DNA from: Chryseobacterium gleum
GTDB taxonomy: Bacteria > Bacteroidota > Bacteroidia > Flavobacteriales_F > PHOS-HE28
DNA: 64,000 bases
Direction of reading: 5' to 3'
NCBI GenBank assembly: GCA_945872795.1
Contig: CAMCAZ010000010.1
Span: 2,135 to 66,134, forward strand
The notes under the pieces: generated by a model
What the model was told of the DNA's origin: nothing
Database searches by the model: none
Seen by the model: the letters and a program-made list of their open reading frames with translations, nothing else
Part shown: positions 18,863 to 30,474 of the stretch, piece after piece
Position numbering within the stretch: position 1 is the stretch's first letter
How the letters are laid out: every line of letters begins with the position of its first letter
Made by a program: the position numbers and the translations under genes

Positions 18863-20731
18863 ATGATGAAGTCCTTGACGCCGGTGGCGCTGTTCAGCGC
18901 GATCCTGCTTCTCTCTTGTTCCTCCAAACCGGCCTCCAAAGAGGCCAGTGCCACGACCACCCCGAACGCACCCATGGACAGCCATAGTCACGCGAGCGCT
19001 TCCGCTGCGCGGATCACCCACCTTGACCTCGACATCACCGTGGACATGGCCGCGCGTGCCATCCATGGTGTTGCCAGCTATGACATCGCACCCAACGGGG
19101 CGGATACCATCATCCTGGATGTGGATGGTCTGCTGGTCGATCAAGTGCTTGTGGATGATGCGAAGGCAGCCTTTTCCTTGGGCGACAGTTCGTTCATGGG
19201 GCAGGGTTTGAGGATCCCGATCGGTCCGGACAGCAAACGATTGGCGGTGACCTACCGAACATCCAGCGATGCCAAGGCCCTGCAATGGTTGTCCCCCCAG
19301 CAGACGGCCGACCGCATCCATCCCTTCCTGTTCACCCAAGGCCAGGCGATCCTGACCCGCACATGGATACCGATCCAGGACAGTCCGGGGATCCGGCTCA
19401 CCTACATGGCACGCGTGAAGGTGCCGCAGGAGCTGATGGCCGTGATGAGCGCCTCCAACCCACAGGAGCGTTCGGCGGATGGCACCTACTCGTTCCGGAT
19501 GGACCAGCCCATACCGGCCTACCTGATCGCACTGGCCGTGGGTGATCTCGCCTTCGAGGGCATCGGTGAACGGACGGGGATCTATGCGGAGCGCAGTGTG
19601 GTGAAGAAGGCGGCCTGGGAGTTCGCCGAAATGGAGCGCATGCTGGAAGCAGCGGAAGCCCTCTACGGCCCTTACCGCTGGGAACGGTATGACGTGATCG
19701 TCCTTCCGCCGAGCTTCCCCTTCGGCGGGATGGAGAACCCGCGCCTGACCTTCGCAACGCCCACGATCATCGCCGGCGACCGATCGCTCACGGCGCTCAT
19801 CGCACACGAGATGGCGCACAGCTGGAGCGGCAACCTGGTGACCAATGCCACGTGGGATGACTTCTGGCTGAACGAAGGGTTCACCGTGTACTTCGAGAAC
19901 CGCATCTGTGAAGCGATCTACGGCAAGGACAGGGCCCTGATGTTGCAGGTGCTGGGCCGGCAGGACCTGGAGGGAACGCTGAGCAAACTGGAGAAGAGCG
20001 GCCAAGCGCACGACACCCATCTGCGACTGCTTCTGGAGGGACGCGACCCTGACGACGGCATGACGGATATCGCCTACGAGAAAGGCTTCGCATTCCTGAT
20101 GTTGCTGGAATCGAAAGTGGGTCGGGAGAAGTTCGACGCCTTCCTGCGCACCTACTTCGATCGCTTTGCTTTCCAGAGCATGACCACCGACCGTTTCCTG
20201 GCCTATCTGGACGAGGAGCTCCTGAAGCCCAACAACGTCACGGTGGATGTCGCTGCGTGGGTGGACGGTCCGGGATTGCCCATGGACGCCCTGATCCCGA
20301 GCTACACCGGGTTCACCAGTGTGGAACAGGAGGTGGAACGGTGGCAGAAGGGTGCCGGTGCAAAGGAGCTGAACACGGCGGATTGGAACGCCTTCCAGTG
20401 GATCCACTTCCTGCGCCTTCTTCCACCGGGGATCAGCGAGGACCGTCTGACGGACCTGGACCAAGCCTTCGGCTTCTCAGCGAGCGGTAATGCCGAGATC
20501 CTCGCAGCCTGGTATGAGCAGTGCATCCGCAATGACCATGATGCCGCCTACCCGGGCCTTGACCGTTTCCTCACGAACGTCGGGCGTCGCAAATTCCTGG
20601 TGCCCTTGTACACCGAGCTCGTGAACACCGAGAAGGGAAAGGTGCTGGCGCAGGCCATCTACCAGCATGCCCGGCCGAACTATCATGCGGTATCGGTGCG
20701 TACCCTTGATGAACTGCTGGCCTGGAAGTAG
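18863..20731 (+). CDS. M1-family zinc metallopeptidase (leukotriene-A4-hydrolase-like aminopeptidase), lipoprotein
   Basis: HEMAHSWSGN…(18 aa)…E gluzincin motif; lipoprotein signal LLLSCSS. Confidence 0.85.
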   Translation: MMKSLTPVALFSAILLLSCSSKPASKEASATTTPNAPMDSHSHASASAARITHLDLDITVDMAARAIHGVASYDIAPNGADTIILDVDGLLVDQVLVDDAKAAFSLGDSSFMGQGLRIPIGPDSKRLAVTYRTSSDAKALQWLSPQQTADRIHPFLFTQGQAILTRTWIPIQDSPGIRLTYMARVKVPQELMAVMSASNPQERSADGTYSFRMDQPIPAYLIALAVGDLAFEGIGERTGIYAERSVVKKAAWEFAEMERMLEAAEALYGPYRWERYDVIVLPPSFPFGGMENPRLTFATPTIIAGDRSLTALIAHEMAHSWSGNLVTNATWDDFWLNEGFTVYFENRICEAIYGKDRALMLQVLGRQDLEGTLSKLEKSGQAHDTHLRLLLEGRDPDDGMTDIAYEKGFAFLMLLESKVGREKFDAFLRTYFDRFAFQSMTTDRFLAYLDEELLKPNNVTVDVAAWVDGPGLPMDALIPSYTGFTSVEQEVERWQKGAGAKELNTADWNAFQWIHFLRLLPPGISEDRLTDLDQAFGFSASGNAEILAAWYEQCIRNDHDAAYPGLDRFLTNVGRRKFLVPLYTELVNTEKGKVLAQAIYQHARPNYHAVSVRTLDELLAWK

Positions 20732-20746
20732 AGCAAGCCCACGGTC

Positions 20747-21388
20747 TCATTCTGAGGCCGTCAGCAGGCGCTTCAGCAGGATGGGTTCCAATTTGTGCCC
20801 TCCGGTGAACAGATGCGTCCGATGGGGAATACCCGAGGTGGCCATCCGTTGCGCCATGTGCTGGAGCACCTCCGGCCCGGCGTAGACATCTCCATCACCC
20901 AGCACCAGGTCCACGTGGATGTTCCGCCATGTGCTGAGCATTTCGCGGTCCAGTTCGGCCGGCAATGATCCGGCCCAGAGCACCAAGCGCTTGATCGACG
21001 TGCCGCCCTTCAGCGCCCACCGGGCAACGGTGGCCACGCCTTGTGAAAAGCCCAGAACGTTCACCGTAGTGCCGGTCGGTGCATCGCGCAGCAGTGTGGC
21101 GGTGAGCCGATCGAGGTAGGCGATGTGGTCCTCGATCTCGTGCAGGCGGTCCTCGCGGGTCATCCAGGTGGCGCCCACGCGGCTGTGCTCGGCATCCAGG
21201 TAGAAGCGGCTCAGCCCTTCGGGGGCCACGATGCAACGGCCTTCCTCCATGCCAGTGAAGTTGTTCAGGAAGTAGCGGCCGAGCTGCCCGTATCCGTGGA
21301 CCACGACCCACAGCTCACGGCATGTACGGATATCGCCCAGGACATGGAAGCGTGCCGTACGTTCCACCCGGATGAACCGCTCCTCCAT
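20747..21388 (-). CDS. alpha/beta-hydrolase fold esterase (phospholipase/carboxylesterase family)
   Basis: GFSQG nucleophile elbow and HGYG oxyanion region; only the C-terminal 213 codons of the 448-aa ORF look like a real protein. Confidence 0.7.
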   Translation of the reverse strand: MEERFIRVERTARFHVLGDIRTCRELWVVVHGYGQLGRYFLNNFTGMEEGRCIVAPEGLSRFYLDAEHSRVGATWMTREDRLHEIEDHIAYLDRLTATLLRDAPTGTTVNVLGFSQGVATVARWALKGGTSIKRLVLWAGSLPAELDREMLSTWRNIHVDLVLGDGDVYAGPEVLQHMAQRMATSGIPHRTHLFTGGHKLEPILLKRLLTASE

Positions 21389-21396
21389 GGCAGTGG

Positions 21397-23517
21397 TCAA
21401 TAGTCCAGCAGTTCCTTGAGCACCACACCCACCTTCTCCGCACTGGGGATCATGGTCGCCTCCAGGGTGCTGTTCAGTGGTATTGCAGGCATGTCCGTAG
21501 CACCGATCGTGCGCACGGGTGCGTCGAGGTGTTGGAAGCAGGTGTTGCCGATGCGGCCCGCCAGTGCTTGTGCGAAGCTGTTGGTGATCTGTTCCTCGGT
21601 GACCACCAGGCAGCGACCGTGGCGTTGCACCTGCGCCATCACGGTCTCCTCGTCCAATGGAGCCAGGGTGCGCAGATCGACGATGGTGACCCGGCCGGGG
21701 AAGTCCTTCGCGGCAGCCTTGGCCCAGTATACGCCCATGCCGTAGGTGATGATGACCGCTCCCTTGCCCTTGTCGAGCTGATCGGCAGAAGCCTCCTGCA
21801 CGATGCGCGCCTTGCCGAAGGGGATCACATAATCCGCTGATGGTTCGATGGTCTTCGCGTCCTCCGTGCCCTTGATCTTGCTCCAGTAGAGGCCCTTGTG
21901 TTCGAGCATCACCACGGGATTGGGGTCGTGGTACGCGGCCTTCATCAGGCCCTTGAGGTCCGCACCCGTGCTGGGGTAGGCGATCTTGATCCCCTTGATG
22001 TTGCAGAGCACGCTCTCCACACTGCTGCTGTGGTAGGGACCGCCGCTGCCATAGGCGCCGATGGGCACGCGCAGGATGCAGCTCACGGGCCATTTGCCGT
22101 TGCTGAGGTAGCAGCTGCGGGCCACTTCGGTGAAGAGCTGGTTGAGCCCGGGCCAGATGTAGTCCGCGAACTGCACCTCCACGATGGGTTTGAGCCCGGC
22201 GGCGCTCATCCCCACGGTACTGCCGATGATGAAGGCTTCCTGGATCGGGGTGTTGAACACGCGGTGGTCTCCGAAATCGCGGGCCAGGGTGGCGGCCTCG
22301 CGGAACACGCCGCCGAGGCGACCGCCCACGTCCTGCCCGTACAGCAGGCAGTTGGGGTCCTCCTGCATCAGTTCGCGGATGGCGAAGAGGGCGCTGTCCA
22401 CCATCACGGTGGGCTGGCGGTCGGAGGGTGCCCGTTCGCCGCGCTCCTCGGTGATGGGCGTGGGAGCGAAGACATGGGTCGTGAGGTCCTCCGGTCCTGG
22501 GTCCTCCGCGAGTTTGGCGCGTTCGAAATCGGCCTTCACCCGGGCGATGGCATCCTGCTCGAGTTTCCGCAGGCCGTCGAGTTGGAAGCGACGGTCCTGC
22601 AGCTGCTGCATGAAGCGCGGGAAGGGATCACGCTTGCGGTGCTCGACCAGGTTCTCTTCGCTGCGATAGAACTCCATGCGTACACCGCTGGTGTGATGGT
22701 TCAGCAAGGGCACCTTGGCATGTACCAGAAAGGGCCGGCGTTCCTTGCGCACCAAGGCGATCACTTCCTCCAGGGTGGAGTAGCAGCTAATGAAATCGGT
22801 GCCGTCGATGCTGCGCACCTCGAGCCCTTTGAAGCCCTTGGCGTACTCACTGGCATCGGCCACACGGATCTCGTCGGCGCTGGCGCTGATGTCCCACTCA
22901 TTATCCTGGACGAGGTAGATGATCGGCAGCTTCTTCAGCACCGCCATTTGGAAGGCCTCGGCCACTTCACCCTCGGTGATGGAGGCATCGCCCAGGGAGC
23001 AGACCACGACGGGCATCTCGGAGGGTCCTGGACCCTCCGAGGCGCCCTGATGAGGAATGCCTGCCTTTTCCTTGTACCACATCCCCAGCGCGATGCCCGT
23101 GGTGGGGATCGCCTGCATGCCTGTGGCGCTGCTCTGGTGCGGGATCTTCGGCATGTTGTCCCGCCGCAGGCTGGGATGGCTGTAGTAGGTGCGCCCGCCG
23201 CTGAACGGATCATCGCGCTTGGCCATCAGCTGCAGCATGAGCTCGTAGGGCTCCATGCCGATGCCGAGCAGGATGCTGTCGTCACGGTAGTAGGGCGCCA
23301 CGTAGTCCTGAGGCTTCAGTTGCAGGCCCAGTGCGAGCTGGATGGCTTCATGGCCCCGGCTGGTGGCATGCACGTATTTGGCGGTGAACTTGGCGTTCTC
23401 CTCGTACAGTTCGGTCATCGCCTTGGCAGTGCACATCAGCTCCCAGGCGCGGAGGAGGATCTCGTTCGAAAGTGCGGTGGCGGCTGGTGCCGGGCTGGTC
23501 TTGGTGGAAGGCATCAA
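21397..23517 (-). CDS. 2-oxoacid dehydrogenase E1 component, fused alpha/beta subunits (TPP-dependent)
   Basis: E1 alpha TPP-binding region fused to transketolase-like beta region; ~700-aa fusion as seen in Bacteroidetes. Confidence 0.8.
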   Translation of the reverse strand: MMPSTKTSPAPAATALSNEILLRAWELMCTAKAMTELYEENAKFTAKYVHATSRGHEAIQLALGLQLKPQDYVAPYYRDDSILLGIGMEPYELMLQLMAKRDDPFSGGRTYYSHPSLRRDNMPKIPHQSSATGMQAIPTTGIALGMWYKEKAGIPHQGASEGPGPSEMPVVVCSLGDASITEGEVAEAFQMAVLKKLPIIYLVQDNEWDISASADEIRVADASEYAKGFKGLEVRSIDGTDFISCYSTLEEVIALVRKERRPFLVHAKVPLLNHHTSGVRMEFYRSEENLVEHRKRDPFPRFMQQLQDRRFQLDGLRKLEQDAIARVKADFERAKLAEDPGPEDLTTHVFAPTPITEERGERAPSDRQPTVMVDSALFAIRELMQEDPNCLLYGQDVGGRLGGVFREAATLARDFGDHRVFNTPIQEAFIIGSTVGMSAAGLKPIVEVQFADYIWPGLNQLFTEVARSCYLSNGKWPVSCILRVPIGAYGSGGPYHSSSVESVLCNIKGIKIAYPSTGADLKGLMKAAYHDPNPVVMLEHKGLYWSKIKGTEDAKTIEPSADYVIPFGKARIVQEASADQLDKGKGAVIITYGMGVYWAKAAAKDFPGRVTIVDLRTLAPLDEETVMAQVQRHGRCLVVTEEQITNSFAQALAGRIGNTCFQHLDAPVRTIGATDMPAIPLNSTLEATMIPSAEKVGVVLKELLDY

Positions 23518-23622
23518 GGCAGGGCTTGGTCTACAGGAGCGGCCAATTTACGCCTTGGGCGGCGCATGGCGCGTCCTTCGACGTCGATAGCTTTGTGCCA
23601 TTCAATCGAACCACCTGAGCCC

Positions 23623-24423
23623 ATGAGCCGCCAAGCCCACGAACTCGACCACCGCATCGTCGGTGATGACATGCAATGCGTGGAGATCACGCTGGACCCG
23701 ATGGAGACCGTCGTCGCCGAGGCGGGGACCATGATGATGCTGGACGAAGGCATCCAGATGGAGACCATCTTCGGTGATGGCCGCGGGCAGTCACAGGGCT
23801 TCCTGGACAAGATGTTCAGCGCAGGGAAACGGGTGCTTACGGGTGAAAGCCTGTTCATGACCACCTACACGAACATGAGCACCGTGCGCCGTACGGCCTG
23901 GTTCGCTGCGGCCTATCCGGGCAAGATCATGGCCATGGACCTGCGCGACTACCAAGGCAAGTTGGTCTGCCAGAAGAACAGCTTCCTGTGCGCCGCGAAA
24001 GGGGTGAACATCGGCATCGCCTTCCAGAAGCGTATCGGTGCTGGGCTTTTCGGCGGCGAAGGCTTCATCATGCAGAAGCTCGAGGGCGATGGCCAGGTGT
24101 ACATCCATGCGGGTGGCACCACCGTGCAACGCGACCTGAAGCCCGGCGAATCGCTCCGGGTGGACACCGGTTGCCTGGTGGCCATGACGCAGGATGTGGA
24201 GTACGACATCCAATTCGTGGGCGGTATCAAGAACACCCTGTTCGGCGGTGAGGGGCTCTTCTTCGCCACCCTGCGCGGACCCGGTCATGTCTGGATCCAG
24301 TCGCTGCCCTTCAGCCGTCTGGCCGACAACATCATCGCCGCTGCACCGCGCGCGGGAGGACGCGGCAGGGAGGAGGGAAGCGTGCTGGGTGGCTTGGGAC
24401 GCCTTTTGGACGGCGACAACTAA
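23623..24423 (+). CDS. AIM24/TIGR00266 (DUF124) family protein
   Basis: Tandem beta-rich repeats with GEGLFF and GPGxVWIQ motifs characteristic of AIM24. Confidence 0.7.
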   Translation: MSRQAHELDHRIVGDDMQCVEITLDPMETVVAEAGTMMMLDEGIQMETIFGDGRGQSQGFLDKMFSAGKRVLTGESLFMTTYTNMSTVRRTAWFAAAYPGKIMAMDLRDYQGKLVCQKNSFLCAAKGVNIGIAFQKRIGAGLFGGEGFIMQKLEGDGQVYIHAGGTTVQRDLKPGESLRVDTGCLVAMTQDVEYDIQFVGGIKNTLFGGEGLFFATLRGPGHVWIQSLPFSRLADNIIAAAPRAGGRGREEGSVLGGLGRLLDGDN

Positions 24424-24479
24424 GCCATTCCGGAAAACTGCAATTGTGAGGGCCGGGTCATTGATCCGGCCTTCGTGCG

Positions 24480-24836
24480 TTAACGCTGGTCATTGTTCGC
24501 AGGCCGGTCCAGCGCTTGCAGGAAGCCCTGCACAATGGAGAGCAGGAGGCTGAAGCCCAGTGCCCACCAGAAGCTTTCCACCACGAAGCCGGGTACGATC
24601 GTGGAGGCCAGGAGCACCATGCCGGCATTGATGACCAACAGGAACAGGCCCAGCGTGACCAAGGTGACCGGAAGGGTCAACAGCACGAGCAAGGGCTTGA
24701 GGAACGTGTTCAATAGGCTGAGCGTGATGGCCACAAGCAGCCCGGTCAGGAAATCCTCCGCATGCACGCCGGGGAGCAACAGGTCCGTGACCAGCACGGC
24801 GATGGTGGAGATGATGAGGCGGATGATCAGTTGCAT
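24480..24836 (-). CDS. DUF360/YvlD-family small membrane protein (holin-like superfamily IV)
   Basis: ~119 aa with 4 predicted TM segments; start placed at MQLIIRL. Confidence 0.5.
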   Translation of the reverse strand: MQLIIRLIISTIAVLVTDLLLPGVHAEDFLTGLLVAITLSLLNTFLKPLLVLLTLPVTLVTLGLFLLVINAGMVLLASTIVPGFVVESFWWALGFSLLLSIVQGFLQALDRPANNDQR

Positions 24837-24931
24837 GGCGTGAAAGTAAGAAAGGCCACGGTGGGAGCCTTTGGTGCCGCAGCCGTTGTCGATCACGCAC
24901 GTGAAGAAGTTTAGAACCCGTCACGCGTGGT

Positions 24932-25297
24932 TCACTCCCTGAACAGGCGGTCCCTGTCCCGGCGATCGCGCTTGGTGGGCCGGCCCTCACCGGTAGGCCG
25001 GTCCTGTGCCTTGGCCAAGCGCAAGAGCTCCAATTTCTCCAGGTCCTCGAGCGACGTGCGCTCAGCGATGAGCCCTGGAACCAGTTTGGCACCCACCCGC
25101 GAACTTGGCATGGCCAGGATCTCCCAGCTTCGCCATACAGGCGGTTCACGCAGGGCCACGGTGTCACCTGGCTTCACTTCCGCAGAAGGCTTCACCAGGC
25201 GGCCGTTCAGTTGCACCTGTTCGCGTCGGAGGGCATCCGTGGCGAGGCTGCGCGTCTTGAAGAGGCGGACACACCAGAGGAATTTATCGATGCGCAT
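24932..25297 (-). CDS. S4-domain RNA-binding protein (Hsp15/HslR-like)
   Basis: S4 domain MRIDKFLWCVRLFKTRSLATDA…; basic C-terminal tail. Confidence 0.75.
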   Translation of the reverse strand: MRIDKFLWCVRLFKTRSLATDALRREQVQLNGRLVKPSAEVKPGDTVALREPPVWRSWEILAMPSSRVGAKLVPGLIAERTSLEDLEKLELLRLAKAQDRPTGEGRPTKRDRRDRDRLFRE

Positions 25298-25368
25298 CAG
25301 AGCAAAGAAAGGGAGAGCCGCACCAAGAGCACATGAAATGGAAAAGCGCCCTTTCGGACGCTCTTCGG

Positions 25369-25442
25369 TGACCCCGGAGGGATTCGAACCCCCAACCAAC
25401 AGAACCGGAATCTGTCATTCTATCCAATTGAACTACGGGGCC
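25369..25442 (-). tRNA. tRNA-Arg (anticodon CCG)
   Basis: Manual fold of the reverse complement: acceptor GGCCCCG/CGGGGTC (one G-U pair), D-arm GTTC-AATTGGATA-GAAT, anticodon stem ACAGA/TCTGT with loop TTCCGGT, T-arm GGGGG-TTCGAAT-CCCTC, discriminator A. Confidence 0.85.
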
Positions 25443-25515
25443 GGATCGCTTCACCAGATGCGAGCAAGCGAGCGCAAAGATACAGCGGCAAGTCGGATCG
25501 CGTTCGGTGGCCGGT

Positions 25516-26106
25516 TCACTCGGACCTGCGCAGTCGCAGGTTCAGGCCGAACTCGTTCGGCTCTTGCAAGAGCAGTGTGGAAGGTCTCATGACGCGGAAC
25601 GTCACTGCGCTATCATCGGTCTTGAGCAGAACACGGTCCCCGTCCTGCGTCCACGCCCCTTCACGGTCGATCCTCGAGCCGTTGCCGGGGGTGAGCGCAA
25701 AGCTGAACCGTCCGTCCTTGCCGATGAGCAATTTGGCCGAGGCTTCACCATCGTTCACGGCGTCCTGGCTATAGAGGCCGGGTAGGTTGAATGGGCAGGG
25801 CGAGTCGGTGCTCATGTCCACCACCCGGCCTTGGGAGTAGGTGGTATCGGTTGCCTCGATCGTGACCCAGTGATCCTTCGCGGGTCCGGCGGTGTTGGCA
25901 CGTGCCACGGCTGTGGCCACGGAGTCGCGCAGGGCGCCCGTCAGTTCCACGAACGTAAGGTCGCATCCGGCCAGGGTCGTACGGCCTAGATTGGTCACCA
26001 ACAGGCCAGTGTAGTTGACGCTGGTCAAAGGCGTTTCGCTGCATCCAGCGAGGAGAAGGAGACAAGTGATACCGGTGAGGACGGCGTGTGCGACTGGCTG
26101 TTTCAT
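25516..26106 (-). CDS. lipoprotein of unknown function
   Basis: Lipoprotein signal LLLLAGCSE; no catalytic motif. Confidence 0.5.
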   Translation of the reverse strand: MKQPVAHAVLTGITCLLLLAGCSETPLTSVNYTGLLVTNLGRTTLAGCDLTFVELTGALRDSVATAVARANTAGPAKDHWVTIEATDTTYSQGRVVDMSTDSPCPFNLPGLYSQDAVNDGEASAKLLIGKDGRFSFALTPGNGSRIDREGAWTQDGDRVLLKTDDSAVTFRVMRPSTLLLQEPNEFGLNLRLRRSE

Positions 26107-26182
26107 ACTGCGAATATGATGCATTCACATTGGATGGCACTATAAGCGCTACCTTTGCAGGCCTTTTTTCGGCCACCAGTCC

Positions 26183-27997
<1,815 letters not shown>

Positions 27998-28003
<6 letters not shown>

Positions 28004-28169
28004 TGTCGCAACCCGTAAGTTCCTTAACCATCTCCGCCCCTCTTTCACCTTCCTGCCGCGTTGGAACATTTTGTCGTAGCGCCCGCTACGCCGTGCATGT
28101 TCCGCCTTGCATGAAGGCGAAATAGTGGCAGACCTTCAGTTAACCAACTTACGGGTTGCGACACTAGGC
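27998..28169. repeat. perfect 24-bp inverted repeat (GCCTAGTGTCGCAACCCGTAAGTT / AACTTACGGGTTGCGACACTAGGC) flanking a 124-bp spacer; left arm overlaps the typA stop codon
   Basis: Reverse complement checked base by base; weaker match continues in the flanks (CTTAACC vs GTTAACC). Confidence 0.8.
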
Positions 28170-28188
28170 TTCTTCGGTCCATGATCCT

Positions 28189-28225
28189 GGAACGCCGATC
28201 TTCGTGGTCGGCGTTCCGCGTTTCC
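28189..28225 (+). terminator. hairpin GGAACGCCGA-(9 nt)-TCGGCGTTCC followed by GCGTTTCC; candidate intrinsic terminator
   Basis: 10-bp perfect stem seen in sequence; weakly T-rich tail. Confidence 0.4.
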
Positions 28226-28286
28226 GGGCGCTCGGCCAAGGCCCTGGATCTTCGGGGACCCTTCGCCTGACCTCGTCCTTTTCCGG

Positions 28287-29228
28287 CTAGTGGAGGATGA
28301 CCGCTTGTATGGGGAGATGATCCCGGATGGTGATCGTGTAGGACCCGTTCGCAAGGTGATGCGTATCCATGCTCCATAAGGAGCTGTTGATCTGTTGTTG
28401 AAGGACGGTCCTGCCCATCGCATCACGCAAAGTCACGGTATGGCCCTGATGTCCGGAAGGCAGCCTGATGTGCAGCCATTCGTTTGCAGGGTTGGGGAAC
28501 AAGGCGGGTCGGGCATCGGTGTTCGCTTCCAAGCCAGTGCTTAGCTCAAGCAACCACTCCAACGCATCGCGCATGTGCACGCGGAACAGGGCGTCACTGG
28601 TGTAGTTCTCCTGCGCGTGGCCCAGTGCTGTATAGAACACGCGGGACCCGACCGCCGGCGTTCGGTACCAGCTCATGGGTCGCGCGGCATCGTAACTGTT
28701 CTCCTGCCCGTTCGGCCCCACCGTCCCCTCCACGCGCAGCACCTCAGTATTGTCCGTTCCGTAGTAGCCTCCCTCCCAATAGTAGTACTCCTCGTTCTTC
28801 AGCCACGGGTCAGGCAGATCGGCCGTGCTGGCGTGCGCACCAATGTGGGACATACTGTACTGCGGCGTGCCATTCACGTGGTTGGGGTTCTCCTGCACAC
28901 TGGCACCGATCAGCTCGGCGTAGAAATCCCATGTCCCCGTGTTGTTTCCGTTGGCCGTACTGTGCCGGTAGGTGTCGCTGGCCGCATGGATGCCCAGCAC
29001 CTGACCGCCGTTCGCCACCCACGCCTCAAAATTGATCCGCTGCTGCGCGTTGAGGATCGCATTCCCACTGGTGTTGCTGAAGACGATCACAGCGTATTGG
29101 TCAAGGGTGCCGGGATCGCTGAACGGGTCCCCCGAGGCATCGTCATCGACCACCACGCCCAGCTCCGCGCCGATGGACTGGAACATGGCGTAGGATACCG
29201 AGCGTGTACCGTGATCATCGACCCTCAT
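28287..29228 (-). pseudogene. ThuA-like (class-I glutamine-amidotransferase-like) protein with T9SS type-A C-terminal sorting domain; 5'-truncated, no signal peptide
   Basis: ThuA core (…VFSNTSGN…GGQVLGIHAASDT…) and CTD (LFPNPANEWLHIRLP…). The first beta-strand and signal peptide are absent, and the ORF extension upstream has no homology. Confidence 0.6.
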
Positions 29229-29316
29229 GCGGTGAGCGCCGATCCGGCCACTACGGCCATGGTGGGCATGGCGTTGCTGCGGCTCGGTAACACGCGGGAC
29301 CAGGGGGGGCAGGCAG

Positions 29317-29781
29317 ATGGGCGTCGATCTTTCGTTGACCCCGTCCCGGCATTTCAGCGGCCGTGGGTTGACCAACCGCTTCAGCACGTTGTGGGGTTCC
29401 TGGGTCCTGGAAGGTGCCGGGAAACGCTTGTACTTCGGTGCCGACTCGGGCCCCTCGACGACCTTCGCAGAGATCGGTCAGCGTTACGGTGCATTCGACC
29501 TGGTGTTGCTCGAATGCGGGGCCTACAATGAGAAGTGGGCGGACATCCACATGCGCCCCGAAGAGACGGCGCAGGCGGCGAAGGACCTGGCGGCGAAGGT
29601 GCTGATGCCGATCCACTGGGCCAAGTTCAACCTGGCCATGCATGCGTGGAAGGAGCCTGTTGAGCGCCTATCCGTCGAGGCGTTGGAACTGGGCATCCCA
29701 CTGCTCACACCGCGGATCGGCCGGATCGTGAACGGCCCGAACATGGCAGTGAGCGAACGCTGGTGGAGCACCGTGGAATGA
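29317..29781 (+). pseudogene. C-terminal ~150 codons of an MBL-fold metallo-hydrolase; N-terminal ~220 codons missing
   Basis: RLYFGADSGPSTTFAEIGQRYGAFDLVLLECGAYNEKWADIHM…PIHWAKF matches the C-terminus of MBL-fold hydrolases; upstream sequence is occupied by the opposite-strand ThuA gene. Confidence 0.6.
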
Positions 29782-29823
29782 AAGAGCGCCGCCCATCGGA
29801 CGGCGCTCCTTCATCATCAGGAC

Positions 29824-30411
29824 CTACCGGCTGATGGCAATCCGTCCGCTGGCCTGAAGGGTCCCGGCTGTATCCCTCAACACCGCCGTATAACTCCCGG
29901 CGGAGAGCTGCGTGATGTTGATGCGGTCGTTGCCCTGCACCGTCCAGTGCAGTACTTCACGCCCCTGCATGTCGATGAGCACAAGCTCTGCGCCCGGCGC
30001 GAGCGTGGTGCTGAGCACCAGTTCGTCACTTGCTGGGTTCGGGTAAAGCGTGAAGCTGCGGTCGAAGGCCTGTTCCGCGAGGCCGGTGCTTGATTCCACC
30101 ACGATGCGCCCCTTCATGCCCATGTTGGCGTGCGGTGAGCAGACATAGTAGTAGGTGCCGGGTATCGTGAGGTTCAGGGTGTTCGTACCAGGACCGAAGT
30201 TGAACCCACCGTTGGAGGTGTTGCCGTTCGCGTTCCACGTGGCCTCGCTCACCTCGGTCATGGTGTGCTGGCCGCCAATGGTCACGGTGATGTCGGTGCC
30301 GGCCTGCACGGTCAGCAGGGCGGGCGAGAATGTGAAGCCCACCGTGCTGATGGATTGGGCGCTCAGCAGGAAGGGTAGGACAGTGGCAAAAAGAGTAAGT
30401 GTATGCTTCAT
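29824..30411 (-). CDS. cupredoxin-like (type-1 blue copper, plastocyanin/azurin family) protein with T9SS C-terminal sorting domain
   Basis: Signal peptide; type-1 copper ligand pattern YYYVCSPHANMGMKG (Cys-x2-His-x4-Met); C-terminal LYPNPASDELVL… T9SS CTD. Confidence 0.7.
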   Translation of the reverse strand: MKHTLTLFATVLPFLLSAQSISTVGFTFSPALLTVQAGTDITVTIGGQHTMTEVSEATWNANGNTSNGGFNFGPGTNTLNLTIPGTYYYVCSPHANMGMKGRIVVESSTGLAEQAFDRSFTLYPNPASDELVLSTTLAPGAELVLIDMQGREVLHWTVQGNDRINITQLSAGSYTAVLRDTAGTLQASGRIAISR

Positions 30412-30474
30412 GGTTTTGGGTTTTGTTTCCTGATGACGCATCGGGGTGTCGTTCCGCTGCCTCTGTAGGGATGG

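Noticed and set aside
20747-22093. Full 448-aa ORF for the esterase gene
   Set aside because: The N-terminal 235 codons overlap the E1 dehydrogenase gene in another frame and translate to low-complexity Arg/Gly/His sequence. Homology and a sensible start begin at MEERFIRV (21388).
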